A stretch of DNA of 64,000 nucleotides from an uncultured Gemmatimonadales bacterium. GTDB lineage: Bacteria; Gemmatimonadota; Gemmatimonadetes; Longimicrobiales; Gaopeijiaceae. A program made the translations under genes and the position numbers. Below the pieces are notes generated by a model. It was given only the letters and a program-made list of their open reading frames with translations, ran no database searches and was not told where the DNA came from. Shown here piece by piece: positions 10,501 to 24,569 of the stretch. The stretch spans positions 1,984,001-2,048,000 of the forward strand of contig CAWELD010000003.1 of assembly GCA_963809895.1 (NCBI GenBank), in the 5' to 3' direction. The stretch's first letter is position 1; the number at the start of each line of letters is the position of its first letter.

Positions 10501-11073
10501 TTAGGGCTCCGGCGGCCTCAACGGGAGCGGGAGCGGCTCCAGGTGGAAGCTGCCCTCGTGGGCACCGACCGTCTTCTCCTTGCCACTCCACTCCTCCACG
10601 TCCAGCCGGTACACGGCCGTGCGCTCGAGCTCCGCGGGGATCACCTGCCGGTAGTCGCGGCCCCGCTCCAGGTGGGGCGCGTAGCGGTCCAGGAGTGCGT
10701 GCAGCGCCTCGGTGGCCTCGTGGTCGTCGTCGACCTGCCGCAACCCGCCGCGCACCACCACGCCCGAGTACTCCACGCTGAACTCCAGCGCCTCGTCGGC
10801 CGGGAGCAGCCGGCCCATGGTGGCCGCGGTGAAGGCGGCCGGCACCGCCCGGCCCTCGGCGGTGGCGTCGGGCATGGCGCCGGTCCGGTGGGTGTGGACG
10901 TAGATGCGGTCCGGATCCTCCACGAAGACGAACAGGTTGCTGTTCACGTGAGGAGGACCGTCGGGAGTCGCCAGCGCCAGCACACCCCAGGGCGCGCGGC
11001 CCAGGTACTCCCGGATCCAGGCGTCCTCGCGACTCCGGTCACGGCGGCGTGGCTCGACGACACGTGCGCTCAC
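10501..11073 (-). CDS. Pyridoxamine 5'-phosphate oxidase-like / NimA-type flavin-binding protein
   Basis: RRRDR...GVLAL...PHV...IYVH...FSVEYSGVVVRG...WSGK; GTG start overlapping the upstream TGA (GTGA). Confidence 0.8.
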   Translation of the reverse strand: MSARVVEPRRRDRSREDAWIREYLGRAPWGVLALATPDGPPHVNSNLFVFVEDPDRIYVHTHRTGAMPDATAEGRAVPAAFTAATMGRLLPADEALEFSVEYSGVVVRGGLRQVDDDHEATEALHALLDRYAPHLERGRDYRQVIPAELERTAVYRLDVEEWSGKEKTVGAHEGSFHLEPLPLPLRPPEP

Positions 11074-11597
11074 CCGCCGTCCCCCACGCCGTAGACGCCC
11101 CGCAGGATCCCGCGATGGTGCAGCTCGTGACCGGCGATGACCCAGAAGAAGCTGCGCACGGTGAAGCCCACGCCCGACGCCACCCCCTCGGCCCGAAGGG
11201 CGTCGTCGTCCATCCCCAGGACCAGCGCCACCGTGTCGGCGCGCACGGCGGCCCACTCCTGCAGCAGCTCGCCCAGGGGGCGATCCCCCGCGTTGCTGAG
11301 CGCCGCCCAGTCGTCCTGCTCCATGCCCGGCAGCTCCACGTGGGGCGCCCGCGCGATCCACAGGGCCCGTCCGGCGAACACGCGCTCGGTGTCGATCACG
11401 TGGCCCACCACCTGCCGCACGCTCCACTTGCCCGGCGCGTAACGATACGTCTCGCGCTCCGGGTCCACGGCGTCCAGCAGCTCCCGGCTCTCCTCGAACT
11501 GGCGCTCCAGCGTCAGCGCGATGTCGCCTTCGGGGACCAGCGAGACGTAGCGGTCGTAGTACTCGGCGTACTCGGATCGGTCGGGCCGGAGGCTCAT
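11070..11597 (-). CDS. DinB family protein
   Basis: [20 protein letters not shown] ... GHELHH. Confidence 0.9.
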   Translation of the reverse strand: MSLRPDRSEYAEYYDRYVSLVPEGDIALTLERQFEESRELLDAVDPERETYRYAPGKWSVRQVVGHVIDTERVFAGRALWIARAPHVELPGMEQDDWAALSNAGDRPLGELLQEWAAVRADTVALVLGMDDDALRAEGVASGVGFTVRSFFWVIAGHELHHRGILRGVYGVGDGG

Positions 11598-12827
11598 GGC
11601 CGGGCTCCCCCGGCTACCCCGGCGGCGTCAGCGTCCGAGGTGGCGGCGTGGCCGTCGAGCTGCTCGATGGTGGCAGTGGAGGGCGGACGCTCACGCTGCA
11701 GGCGGCGCGCCACCCCTTCGGCTTCGCGCAACACACGCAGGATATTCTCGCCGGCGAGCTTGCGCAGATCCGCCTCGCTCCAGCCCCGGTGGGCGAGCTC
11801 CAGGAAGAGGGCCGGATAGGTGGACACGTCTTCGAGGCCCACCGGCGTGGAGGTGATGCCGTCGAAGTCGGCGCCGATGCCCACGTGGTCGATGCCCGCC
11901 ACGTCGCGGATGTGCTCGACGTGGTCCGCCACGTCGGCGATGGACGCCCGGGGCGCGTCGGCCTCGGGCCCCTCCCAGGTGCGCACCTCTTCACTGTCGA
12001 ACGACGGCACGAAGGTCACCATGACCACGCCCCCGTTGTCCGGGAGCCGCCGGAGCACCTGATCGGGCACGTTGCGAACGTGATCGGTGAGCGCCCGGGC
12101 CGACGAGTGGGAGAAGATGACCGGCGCCTCGGCCACGTCCAGCGCGTCGTTCATGGTCTCGGGCGAGGTGTGCGACAGGTCCACCAGCATGCCCAGCCGG
12201 TTCATCTCGCGCACCACTTCCCTGCCGAACTCGGTGAGTCCGTGGTGGAGCGGGTCGTCGGTGGCCGAATCCGCCCAGTCGTTGTTGCAGCCGTGGGTGA
12301 GCGTCATGTAGCGCACCCCGTCCTCGTAGTAGGCGCGCAGCGCGCCCAGCGAGTTCTCGATGGCGTGGCCGCCCTCGATCGCCCATGAACGAGGCGATGC
12401 GGCCGGCCCCGAAGATCCGGTCCACGTCGGAGGCGGTGTAGGCCTCGGTGAAGACGTCGGGATACATGGCGAACACGCGCTTGGCGATGTCGATCTGCTC
12501 GAGCTGCGTCTTGGCCGCCCCCTCTTCCACCGACTCGCAGGGGATGTAGACCGACCAGAACTGTCCGCCCAGGTGCCCGGCCCGGAGTCTGGGAATGTCC
12601 GTGTGGCCGGTGGTGTGCCCACGCAGCCCGTAGGCCCCGACGTCCATGGGCGCGGTCTCGGACTCGCGGATCGCCCACGGCAGGTCGTTGTGGCCGTCGA
12701 TGAGCGGGGTCGTGGCAAGCACGCGCTGGACCAGGTCCGCGGCTGCGTCCTGCGCGGCGAGGGGCGATGCGGGGACGGCCACGAGTGCGGCGATGGTGGC
12801 GGCAGTGGCGAAGGCGACACGCTTCAT
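11594..12827 (-). CDS. Membrane dipeptidase (peptidase M19); frameshift ~12381
   Basis: Signal peptide, [16 protein letters not shown], (G)[31 protein letters not shown]. Confidence 0.9.
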
Positions 12828-12991
12828 GGGATTCTCGGGGCTCCGGTTCCTGGGCACGGGAGAGGAATGGTTACCGGTGAGGCCCGGCGGCGGCAAGACG
12901 CCAGGCTTCCCGACCTGTGAAGCCGCCGGATCCTGATCTCGTAGCGGGGTACGAAAGGTCCCATTCCCTCATCTCCCCGCACGACGCAGCC

Positions 12992-14671
12992 ATGGCAGAC
13001 GCAGCAACCGCGGTTCTCGAGCCTCAGGACGTACCGGTCTTCAAGGCCCTCAAGAAGCTGAAGGGGCGGGCGACGGTCGGTGACGTGTCGTCGGCAACCG
13101 GGCTACCGCAGTCCGAGTCCGAAGCGGCCCTGCGCCGACTGCTGGAAGGTCGCCAGGGCCACCTCGAGGTGGGTGAGCGGGGCGATCTGGTCTACGCCTT
13201 CCAGCCCGGTCTCCTGGAGCGAGGCCGGGTCTCCACCTGGACGAGGCTCAAGCAGGGCGCCTGGTCGTTCTTCAAGAAGGCGTTCAAGATCTGGATCGTG
13301 GTCATGCTGGTGGTCTATCTGGTCATCTTCGTGGCGTTGCTGTTGGCCGCGTTGTTCGCCGATCGGGACGGAGATTCCGGGGGATTGGGGGGCGGACGCG
13401 GGCGCCGCCGCGGAGGAGGCCTACCTCTGGGCGACATGCTCTTCTGGTACTGGATCTGGTCGCCGGGATGGCGGCGCCGACCCTACTACGGCGAAGGCTA
13501 CGGACAGCCCGCGCGCAAGCGGAAGCGCGGCGAGCGACCCCAGGGACCGCCCTTCTACAAGAAGGTGTTCGCCTTCGTCTTCGGCCCCGACGAGCCGGTG
13601 CGCACGCAGGCCGAGAAGGACCGGGACCTCATGCGCTTCATCCGCGCCCGCCGGGGCGTAGTGAGCGCGGCCGAGCTGGTGCAGCACACGGGGATGGGGC
13701 TGGACGAGGCCGACTCGGAGCTCGCCAGGCTCATGGCCGCCCAGGACGGCGACGTGAAGGTGTCCGACGACGGGACCCTCCTGTACGTCTTCCCTGGGCT
13801 GATGGTGAGCGCCCACGGGCAGGTGCAGGAGCGCGAGCCGTCTCCGGCCTGGCGCCGCCTGGAGCCCAAGCGCCCGGTGACGGGCAACAAGGTGGGCACC
13901 AACGTCGTCATCGCCGGCATCAACGGGTTCAACCTGGTGGCGGCAGCCACCGCGCCGCTCTTCATCTTCCCGCGGCTGGGCCTGGGAGGGCCCGCCGCCG
14001 AGATCGGCCTCATCTGGATCCCGGTGGTCTTCAGCACGATGTTCTTCTCCGTCCCCCTGCTACGGACGGTGGGCGTGGCCCGGGAGAACGCCAAGCGCGC
14101 CGCCCGTAACGTGCGCAAGATCCTGGTGGGGCTGGTGTCGAAGGTGAGTCTCGGGGGATCGAAGGCCGAGCCGCTGGCCGGCCCCGAGGCCGTGTCCCGG
14201 GTCCGCGAGGTCCTCTCGGGCAAGGCCCACGCGAAGGTGGACGTGGGCGGCTCGCTGGACCGCCTGGTGGCCGAGTTCGACGGCGACGTGGAGCCTGGCG
14301 CCGACGGCGCCCTGAGCTTCCGCTTTCCGGGCTTCCGCCGGCAGGTGGCCGCGGCGCACCACGCCCGCCTGCAGATGGCGCTGGAGCGTCGGCGGGTGGG
14401 CGACATCGTCTATTCCAGCGACGACGAGCCCGCCGAGCAGGGCCGCCGCGACCTGGAAGCCTTCGACCGCGAGCTGGCGGCGGGTGCTCCCGGCGCTGGC
14501 GAGGACGCGCTCACGCCCTCGGACACGGAGTCCGACGAGCCCATGGCGCTTCCGCCGGCCGACGACCTGACGGCCTACCTCAACGACCCGCTACGCACCG
14601 GCTACCGGGACGAGCGTGAGCTGGCCGCCATGCAGCAGCAGATGCGGGAGCAGGCCGCGGCCAGGCGGTAG
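12992..14671 (+). CDS. Conserved hypothetical membrane protein resembling the At5g03900-like family
   Basis: N-terminal wHTH-like segment (ATVGDVSSATGL...GHLEVGERGDLVYAF), TM helices, VFAFVFG, repeated GDVxVxxxG-LxY/FxFP motif; family call from memory. Confidence 0.55.
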   Translation: MADAATAVLEPQDVPVFKALKKLKGRATVGDVSSATGLPQSESEAALRRLLEGRQGHLEVGERGDLVYAFQPGLLERGRVSTWTRLKQGAWSFFKKAFKIWIVVMLVVYLVIFVALLLAALFADRDGDSGGLGGGRGRRRGGGLPLGDMLFWYWIWSPGWRRRPYYGEGYGQPARKRKRGERPQGPPFYKKVFAFVFGPDEPVRTQAEKDRDLMRFIRARRGVVSAAELVQHTGMGLDEADSELARLMAAQDGDVKVSDDGTLLYVFPGLMVSAHGQVQEREPSPAWRRLEPKRPVTGNKVGTNVVIAGINGFNLVAAATAPLFIFPRLGLGGPAAEIGLIWIPVVFSTMFFSVPLLRTVGVARENAKRAARNVRKILVGLVSKVSLGGSKAEPLAGPEAVSRVREVLSGKAHAKVDVGGSLDRLVAEFDGDVEPGADGALSFRFPGFRRQVAAAHHARLQMALERRRVGDIVYSSDDEPAEQGRRDLEAFDRELAAGAPGAGEDALTPSDTESDEPMALPPADDLTAYLNDPLRTGYRDERELAAMQQQMREQAAARR

Positions 14672-15090
14672 CGCGGCGGCAACTCGGCGCGACACGGCCA
14701 GCGCGCGCAGCACCATCCCCGACGACACGACGGCGCGCCTTTCAGTCGCCCGAGGTCGGCCGGGTGATGCAAAGATACCCCTCGGCGAGTCCACGGACGA
14801 TGCGCGGATCGATTGGGCGCGCAGGCCGAGCCGAATCGCGGCAGACGTGGATCGCACCGGCGCGATCAAGCGGTGTTGGCTCGTCGACCGAGGCGAACCC
14901 GGCGCCCGGTCGAAAGAGAAGCCACGCCCGGAGGGTTCGCATCACGCGCCGGCGTGCGCGCAGGACCACGCCGACCGATCCGCGCATGACGCAGCCGCAT
15001 CGCGACGGCAGACGACATCGGGGATGCATGCCTGGCCGGCACGCGTCCCCATGCGCCGCTTCCTGGCGGATCGCCCCCGCCCGGCAGAGC

Positions 15091-15144
15091 GCCTCTGCCG
15101 GCCCGACCGCTTCTGCCCGGCCGGCCGCCTCTGCCCGCCCGACC
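15091..15144. repeat. Three imperfect 18-bp tandem repeats plus adjacent hairpin (15081-15101) downstream of the FDH gene
   Basis: GCCTCTGCCGGCCCGACC / GCTTCTGCCCGGCCGGCC / GCCTCTGCCCGCCCGACC; CCGGCAGAG-cgc-CTCTGCCGG. Confidence 0.6.
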
Positions 15145-15148
15145 GGCT

Positions 15149-17902
15149 TCAGTCGGCCGCCGCGTCTCCCGGCCGCCGCGCCGGCGCCTCGGCCGGCTCC
15201 ACCCTCACGGGGCACACCTTCAGCTCGGCGGTGTCGGTGACCGGGTCGTAGCCCGCGCCGGTCAGGACGTTGATGGGCACGTCGTTGAAGGCGAACGACG
15301 AGAACACGGTGCCCCGGGGGCTCTTGGTCGTGGCCTTCACCCGGACCCGCACCTCGCCCCGGCGACTGGCCATGCGGGCCCATCCGCCGTCCTCCAGACC
15401 CCACGCCTCCACGTCGGCGGGATGCACCTCCAGGACCTCTTCCGGCAGCAGGTAGTCGATGCCAGCGGAGCGCCCCGTCTGCGTACGGGTGTGGTACGAC
15501 GCCAGCCGGCGGCCCGTCGTGAGCCACACGGGATAGTTCTCGTCCACCGACTCGGCCGGATCCCGGTAGCGGATCATCTTGAAGACGCCGCGCCCGTTGA
15601 TGAACTCGGTCTCGTGGAGCCGGGGCGTGCCGGGATGGCCGTCGAAGGGGACGGGCCACTGATAGCTGTGGTCCCCGGCGGAGATCTTGTCCCAGTCGAT
15701 GCCGTGGTAGGTGGGGCTGAGCTCACACAGCTCGTTGAAGACCTCGTCGGGTCCGCTCCAATCGAAGCCCTTGAATCCCATGCGCTTGGCCAACTGGGCC
15801 ACGATCCACCAGTCGGGCTTGGCTTCGCCCGGAGGGGGCACCGCGGCCCGCAGCCGCTGCACCCGTCGATCGGTGTTGGTGCACGAGCCGTCGGTCTCGG
15901 CCCACGCCGAGGCCGGGAACACGACATCGGCCAGCTCGCCGGTCTCGGTGAGGAAGATGTCCACCACCACCAGGAAGTCGAGGCTCTCAAGCGCGTGCTC
16001 ACAGTGGGCGCGGTCCGGGTCCGACACCACCGTGTTCTCGCCGTCGATGAGCATGGCGCGGATCTGGTCACCGGCCATGTTGAGCGCCTTCACCTTGGTG
16101 GGGCCCTTCTCGAGCTCCACCCTGGTGCCCCAGGCCTTCTCGAACTTGGCCTGGTTCGCGGGATCGGTGACGGACTGGAAGCCGGGATAGTTGTTGGGGA
16201 GCGCGCCGGTGTCGCCGGCGCCCTGGATGTTGTTCTGCCCGCGCATGGGGTTCACGCCCGTGCCCTCACGGCCGATGTTGCCGGTCATGAGCGCCAGGTT
16301 GCACAGGCTCTGGACGTTGTCCACGCCGCAGATGTGCTCGGTGATGCCCAGGGTGTAGTAGATGGCGCCACGGTCGGCGCCACCGTACAGGAGGGCGGCC
16401 TTCTCGATGTCCGCGGCGGGCACGCCGGTGATGGTCTCCGCCCACTCGGGCGTGAACTCCTTCACGTGCTCCAGGAAGTCTTCGCCCTCGGCGGTGCGCT
16501 CGGCCACGAAGGCGTCGTTCACCAGCCCTTCGCGAGCGATGACGTGGGCGATGGCCAGCAGGAGCGCCGAATCCGAGCCCACGCGCAGCGGCAGATAGAT
16601 GTCCGCCAGCTCCGCCAGCCGGATCTTGCGCGGATCCGCCACGATCATCTTCGCCCCCCGGGCCAGCGCCTTCTTGAGGCGTGTGGCGGCCACGGGGTGG
16701 CACTCGGTCATGTTGGTGCCGATGCAGAAGATGACGTCCGGCTTCTCCATGTCCGGGAGCGGGTTCGACATGGCGCCCCGCCCGATCTGTGCCGCCAGAC
16801 CGGCGACTGTGGGAGCGTGTCAGGCACGGCTGCAGTTGTCGATGTACGATGTGCCCAACCCCGCCCGCACGAATTTCTGCATGGTGTAGCCGGCCTCGTT
16901 GGGCGCGCGCCCCGACGCCACCGCGTACAGCGAGTGACGGCCGTGCTCGTTCACGGCGGCCAGCAGCCCCGCCGCCGCCTTGTCCAGCGCTTCGTCCCAG
17001 GTGGCGGGCACGAGCTGGCCGTGATCGTTCCGCACCAGCGGGGTCTTCAGCCGGTCGGGGTGTTCCACGAAGTCGAAGGCGAACTGGCCCTTCACGCACA
17101 GGGCGCCCTCGTTGGCGGGCCCGTCCATGGCCGGCAGGATGCCCACCACGTCGTCGCCCCGGGTCATGACGTCGACGCTGCAGCCCACGCCGCAGTACGG
17201 GCAGATGGTCCGGGTGGTCTCGGTCTCGCCGGGCACGTCCTTGTTGGCCAGCGCCTTCAGGTCGGCCAACGCCCCGGTGGGGCAGGTCTGCACGCACTGG
17301 CCGCAGAAGGTGCACGCCGAGTCCTTCAACAGCCCGTCGAACTCCACGGTGATCTGCGTGTCGAAGCCGCGGTTCTTCACGCTGATGGCGTAGTCACCCT
17401 CCTGCTCGGCGCACACGCGCACGCAGCGGTAGCAGGAGATGCAGTTCTCGTAGTCCCGCAGAATGAAGGGGTTCGGGTCGTCGGGCCGTGAGTGCCCGCT
17501 CTTCGCGCCCTGGAAGCGACCGCTGCGCGCGCCGTAGCGATCCACCAGCGTGCGCAGCTCCTGCGAGGCGTACCCGCTGAGCTCGTCCACGTCCAGGTCC
17601 CGCTGCTCCGACGCCACCATCTCCAGGAGCACGCGCCGATGCATCTCCAGCGCGCCGCTCTTCGTCTTCACGCGCATGCCGGGCTCGGCGCGGGTGGTGC
17701 ACGACGCCACCGGGCTCTTCGCGCCCTCGAGCTCGACGATGCAGAGGCGGCATCCCCCGAAAGCCTCCAGCCGATCGTCGTAGCAGAGAGTGGGGATTTC
17801 CTTGTGATGGCGCTCGGCCACCTGGAAGACGGTCTCGCCGGGCGTGAAGGGGACTTCTTCGCCGTCCAGGAAGAGCGCGGGCTTGCGGGCGTCAGCGGAC
17901 AT
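15149..17902 (-). CDS. fdhF: Selenocysteine-containing formate dehydrogenase alpha subunit (NAD-linked type), Sec at TGA 16820-16822
   Basis: ORFs 16820..17902 and 15149..16771 are in frame; junction reads IDNCSRA-U-HAPTVAGL; 2Fe-2S, 2x4Fe-4S and CPYCGVGC motifs; RGQNNIQG. Confidence 0.93.
16791..16807 (-). promoter_or_regulatory. Bacterial SECIS-like hairpin
   Basis: GUCGCCG-GUC-UGGCGGC stem-loop starting 12 nt after the UGA, with apical GGU as in E. coli fdhF SECIS. Confidence 0.8.
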
Positions 17903-18028
17903 GGTGCACCTGCTCGGGAACCACTCGGGGCCGGACCGTCCGACCCGGTCTCCTAATGGGTATCGCGCAGCGGAGAGGCGAGCAAGCGGCCCCCGGGGGC
18001 GAGGGGCCGCCGCTCCCGCCCGCCGACG

Positions 18029-18949
18029 CTACCGCTCGCCACCCATCCGGGGCGGCGGACCGGCGTTCACCTTCACCTCCTGGACCACGAAGCTCATGGT
18101 GAAGGAGTCCTCGGCCAGCATCTGCTCCATCTTCTCGAGCTGACCTCCCATCATCTTCTCCATCATGGCGCGCTGGGCTTCGGGCATGTCCGCCATCTTG
18201 GCCTTGGCCTCCGCCAACTGCTTGCGGGTCTTCTCGCGCTCCTCGGGCGACATGGAGCCGGATGCCATCCCCGACATGCTGATCTCGGTCTTGAAGGGAT
18301 GGAGGAGGCCGTCGACGTCGCGGTAGTCGGAGAGGAGCGAGGTCATGGTGACCGGCCGAGGCTCGCCGCTCGCCGACATCTCACCCTCCATGGTGATGCG
18401 CCGCGGAACGTAGTTCTCCTTGTCCAGGCACATGGTCATGGACTTCATGTCGAGGGCGCCCTCAGCGCCCTCCGCGAGCGACGCCAGCGCCGCCGGGTCG
18501 TCCACCTTGATGACCCAGCAGTCGTGGCCGTCGATCTGGTCGGATCCGTCCAGGGCCGCGTGGTCCTTCATGAGCCGCATGGTCTCCGCGGGCGACCGGC
18601 GCACACCGGCCTCCTCCTGCATCTTCATGATGCTGTCCATGGAGGGCGCGGTCGGCGTGCTCGAGCGGAAGACGGGATGTCCGTCCACCATGGTCTTCTC
18701 GAAATACATCGTCATGCCGCCCTCATCGCCCATGGCGCCGCCCATGCTACCCAGGCCTTCGGCGGACTGCACGACGGTGTAGTTGTCGATCCCCTCCATG
18801 CGCTGGTCGTACGCCTGCAGCGCGTTGTCGAGGATCTCCGATGCGGACTGCGCCGCGCCCAGAGACGGAAGGGCGCACACGAGCGCGCCCGCCAGCAGGG
18901 CGGGCCCGGTGAAGCGACGGCCGAGCGGGTGTGGAGGGGTCATGGTCAT
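18029..18949 (-). CDS. Exported hypothetical protein, LolA-like/lipoprotein-sorting fold candidate
   Basis: Signal peptide (LGAAQ), IDGHDCWVI, SDYRDVDGLLHPF; Met-rich. Confidence 0.55.
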   Translation of the reverse strand: MTMTPPHPLGRRFTGPALLAGALVCALPSLGAAQSASEILDNALQAYDQRMEGIDNYTVVQSAEGLGSMGGAMGDEGGMTMYFEKTMVDGHPVFRSSTPTAPSMDSIMKMQEEAGVRRSPAETMRLMKDHAALDGSDQIDGHDCWVIKVDDPAALASLAEGAEGALDMKSMTMCLDKENYVPRRITMEGEMSASGEPRPVTMTSLLSDYRDVDGLLHPFKTEISMSGMASGSMSPEEREKTRKQLAEAKAKMADMPEAQRAMMEKMMGGQLEKMEQMLAEDSFTMSFVVQEVKVNAGPPPRMGGER

Positions 18950-19032
18950 CTCACGGTGCGAGGAACGGTGGGGCATCCTGGTACAACGGGAGACGGGTCG
19001 TTGGTCCGCCACGGCTGTGGTCAGGCGCGAGC

Positions 19033-19407
19033 CTATTCTTCGGCTTCGACCTCACGGGCGCACGACACGCACAGACGCGACCAGGGGACCATCTCCAGTC
19101 GCTCCTTGTCGATCTTCTTCCCACAGCGCTGGCAGGTCTCGAAGGCCTCGGGATCGTCGCGCAGCGTGCGCAGCGCCTCGTCGATCTCGGCCACGCGCTC
19201 GCTCAGCCGCGAGGCCTGCATGAAGTCGGCCTCCTCTTCCTGCATGTCCGAGGCGACCTCGGCCCCTGCGGCGAAGCGGGTCACGTTCCCTCCGGAGACG
19301 GATTGGGGCTCGGACTCCTCTTCTTCGATCCGGTGGACGTCACGGTTGGCCTGTTCGCGGGCCTTCAGAAGCAGGGACTCGTAACGCTCTCTGCGACGTT
19401 CCTTCAT
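19033..19407 (-). CDS. TraR/DksA C4-type zinc finger protein
   Basis: Coiled coil followed by CQRCGKKI...RL...P...LCVSC. Confidence 0.85.
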   Translation of the reverse strand: MKERRRERYESLLLKAREQANRDVHRIEEEESEPQSVSGGNVTRFAAGAEVASDMQEEEADFMQASRLSERVAEIDEALRTLRDDPEAFETCQRCGKKIDKERLEMVPWSRLCVSCAREVEAEE

Positions 19408-19503
19408 GGGATGGCTCCCCGTTGAAGACGGGAGGATCTCTCGGTATCAAGACGGCGCATCAATCGTGCCGGATCGCTCACGATCGCGCCATGCCCGACG
19501 CCC

Positions 19504-21168
19504 TCATCCCTCCACGTGCCGCGCGACCTGCTCCGGGAAGTAGCGCACCAGGCTCTCGGTGACCAGGGGCGCGGCCACGCCCAGCCCGCAGGCCGACGTG
19601 CGCTTCATGGTGCCGCCCATGTCGGCCACCTCGTCGAGCCAGGCCTCCAGGTCCGCGGGGCCGGCGGTCCCCGACAGGCGCTCGGTCAGACGGCGCGTGC
19701 CGATGCGGCACGGGAAGCACTTGCCGCACGACTCGTGGGCGAAGAAGTCCATGGCCCAGCGGGCGACCTCCACCATGTCACGGGTGTCGTCGAAGACCAT
19801 GACGCCGCCCGCGCCCAGGAAGGAGCCTCGCTCGCGGAGCGCCGGCTCGTCCAGCGTCACCCGCAGGTCATCGCCACCGAGGAATCCCCCGGAGAGCCCC
19901 GCCATGGTGACGGCCTGCACGGTGCGCCCCTCCCCCGCCCCGCCGGCGCCTTCCAGCAGCGCCTGCAGCGGCAGGCCCACCGGGACCTCGTAGTTGCCGG
20001 GGCGCGCCACGTCGCCGGACAGCGAGATGATCTTGGTGCCCGCGTGCTCGCCCCGGCCCAGGCCGCGGTACCAGTCGGAACCCTCGGTCAGGATGGGCGG
20101 CACCGACGCCAGCGTCTCCACGTTGTTCACCGCCGTGGGCGTGCCCTCGTAGCCGTGGGTCACCGGGTACGGGGGTCGGTTCCGGGGGAACGGATGCTTG
20201 CCTTCCAGCGAGTTCAGCAGCGAGGTCTCCTCGCCGCAGATGTAGGCGCCGGCGCCCCGACGCAGGTGGATGGTGAAGCTGAAGTGCGAGCCCAGGATGC
20301 CGTCGCCCAGCAACCCCGCCTCTTCGGCTTCGGCAATGGCCCGCGCCAGCGTCTCGGCGGTCTCCGGGTATTCGTACCTCAGGTAGATGAAGCCCCGGGT
20401 GGCACCGGTGGCGTACGCGGCCAGCGCCATGCCCTCGAGCACGGCGTGGGGATCGTGGTCCATGAGCACCCGGTCCTTGAAGCACCCGGGCTCCCCCTCG
20501 TCGGCGTTGCACACCACGGTCTTGGGACCCCCGTCGGCGTCGCGCACGGCCCGCCACTTGCGCCCCGTGGGGAAGCCGGCGCCGCCGCGGCCCGCCAACC
20601 CGCTGGCGTCCACCGCGCTCAGAACCTCTTCGGGCGTCATGACGCCTACCGCCTTCTCCAGGGCGGCGTACCCGCCGGTGCGGCGGTAGCCGGCCAGGGT
20701 GGCGCGCCCCTCGTCCCGGATGTGGCGGAAGACGCACTCCTGCACGCCCTCCAACGGCGCGGGAGGTAGCGGGCTCGGCCGGCTCTCCAGACCGTCGGCG
20801 CCCGGCGCCGCCACCAGCGTGTGGTGGCCCCTGAGGACCGGGACGGGCTCGTCGCAGCGGCCGCTGCACGGCATGGCGGTGGCCCCGTCGAGCTCGGCGA
20901 GGAGCTCGGGCGCGCCGTTCATGCAGCACACGGGACCGGTGCACACCCGCGGCCGCTCCAGTCCTCCCGGCTCCCGGGCGAAGTGGTGGTAGAAGGTCAC
21001 CGTGCCGTACAGGTCGGCCAGGGGAATGCGCAGCCCCTGGGCCACGGCCTTGAGCGCCTCGTCGGAGAGGTAGCCGTCGCGGTCGTGGAAGGCGTGCAGG
21101 AGCGGCAGCAGCGGCGCCGGCTCGTCCTTCCAGCGGCGGATCAGGTCGTCATCGTTGGGTCGGCTCAT
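19504..21168 (-). CDS. Fused NuoE/NuoF-like diaphorase subunit (probable FDH beta/gamma partner)
   Basis: TVTFYHHF, CTGPVC...CSGRC, GRGGAGFPTG, CNADEGEPG, GAGAYICGEE, SCGKCFPCRIG...CGLG. Confidence 0.9.
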   Translation of the reverse strand: MSRPNDDDLIRRWKDEPAPLLPLLHAFHDRDGYLSDEALKAVAQGLRIPLADLYGTVTFYHHFAREPGGLERPRVCTGPVCCMNGAPELLAELDGATAMPCSGRCDEPVPVLRGHHTLVAAPGADGLESRPSPLPPAPLEGVQECVFRHIRDEGRATLAGYRRTGGYAALEKAVGVMTPEEVLSAVDASGLAGRGGAGFPTGRKWRAVRDADGGPKTVVCNADEGEPGCFKDRVLMDHDPHAVLEGMALAAYATGATRGFIYLRYEYPETAETLARAIAEAEEAGLLGDGILGSHFSFTIHLRRGAGAYICGEETSLLNSLEGKHPFPRNRPPYPVTHGYEGTPTAVNNVETLASVPPILTEGSDWYRGLGRGEHAGTKIISLSGDVARPGNYEVPVGLPLQALLEGAGGAGEGRTVQAVTMAGLSGGFLGGDDLRVTLDEPALRERGSFLGAGGVMVFDDTRDMVEVARWAMDFFAHESCGKCFPCRIGTRRLTERLSGTAGPADLEAWLDEVADMGGTMKRTSACGLGVAAPLVTESLVRYFPEQVARHVEG

Positions 21169-21209
21169 GGTCCTGCTCCATCCACTCCGTTCTCGAAGGC
21201 TGGAGGCGG

Positions 21210-24553
<3,344 letters not shown>

Positions 24554-24569
24554 GGTCGAGGAGGAGGGC

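Noticed and set aside
16820..16822. FDH as a nonsense pseudogene
   Set aside because: TGA sits exactly at the catalytic Sec/Cys position and is followed by a SECIS-like hairpin
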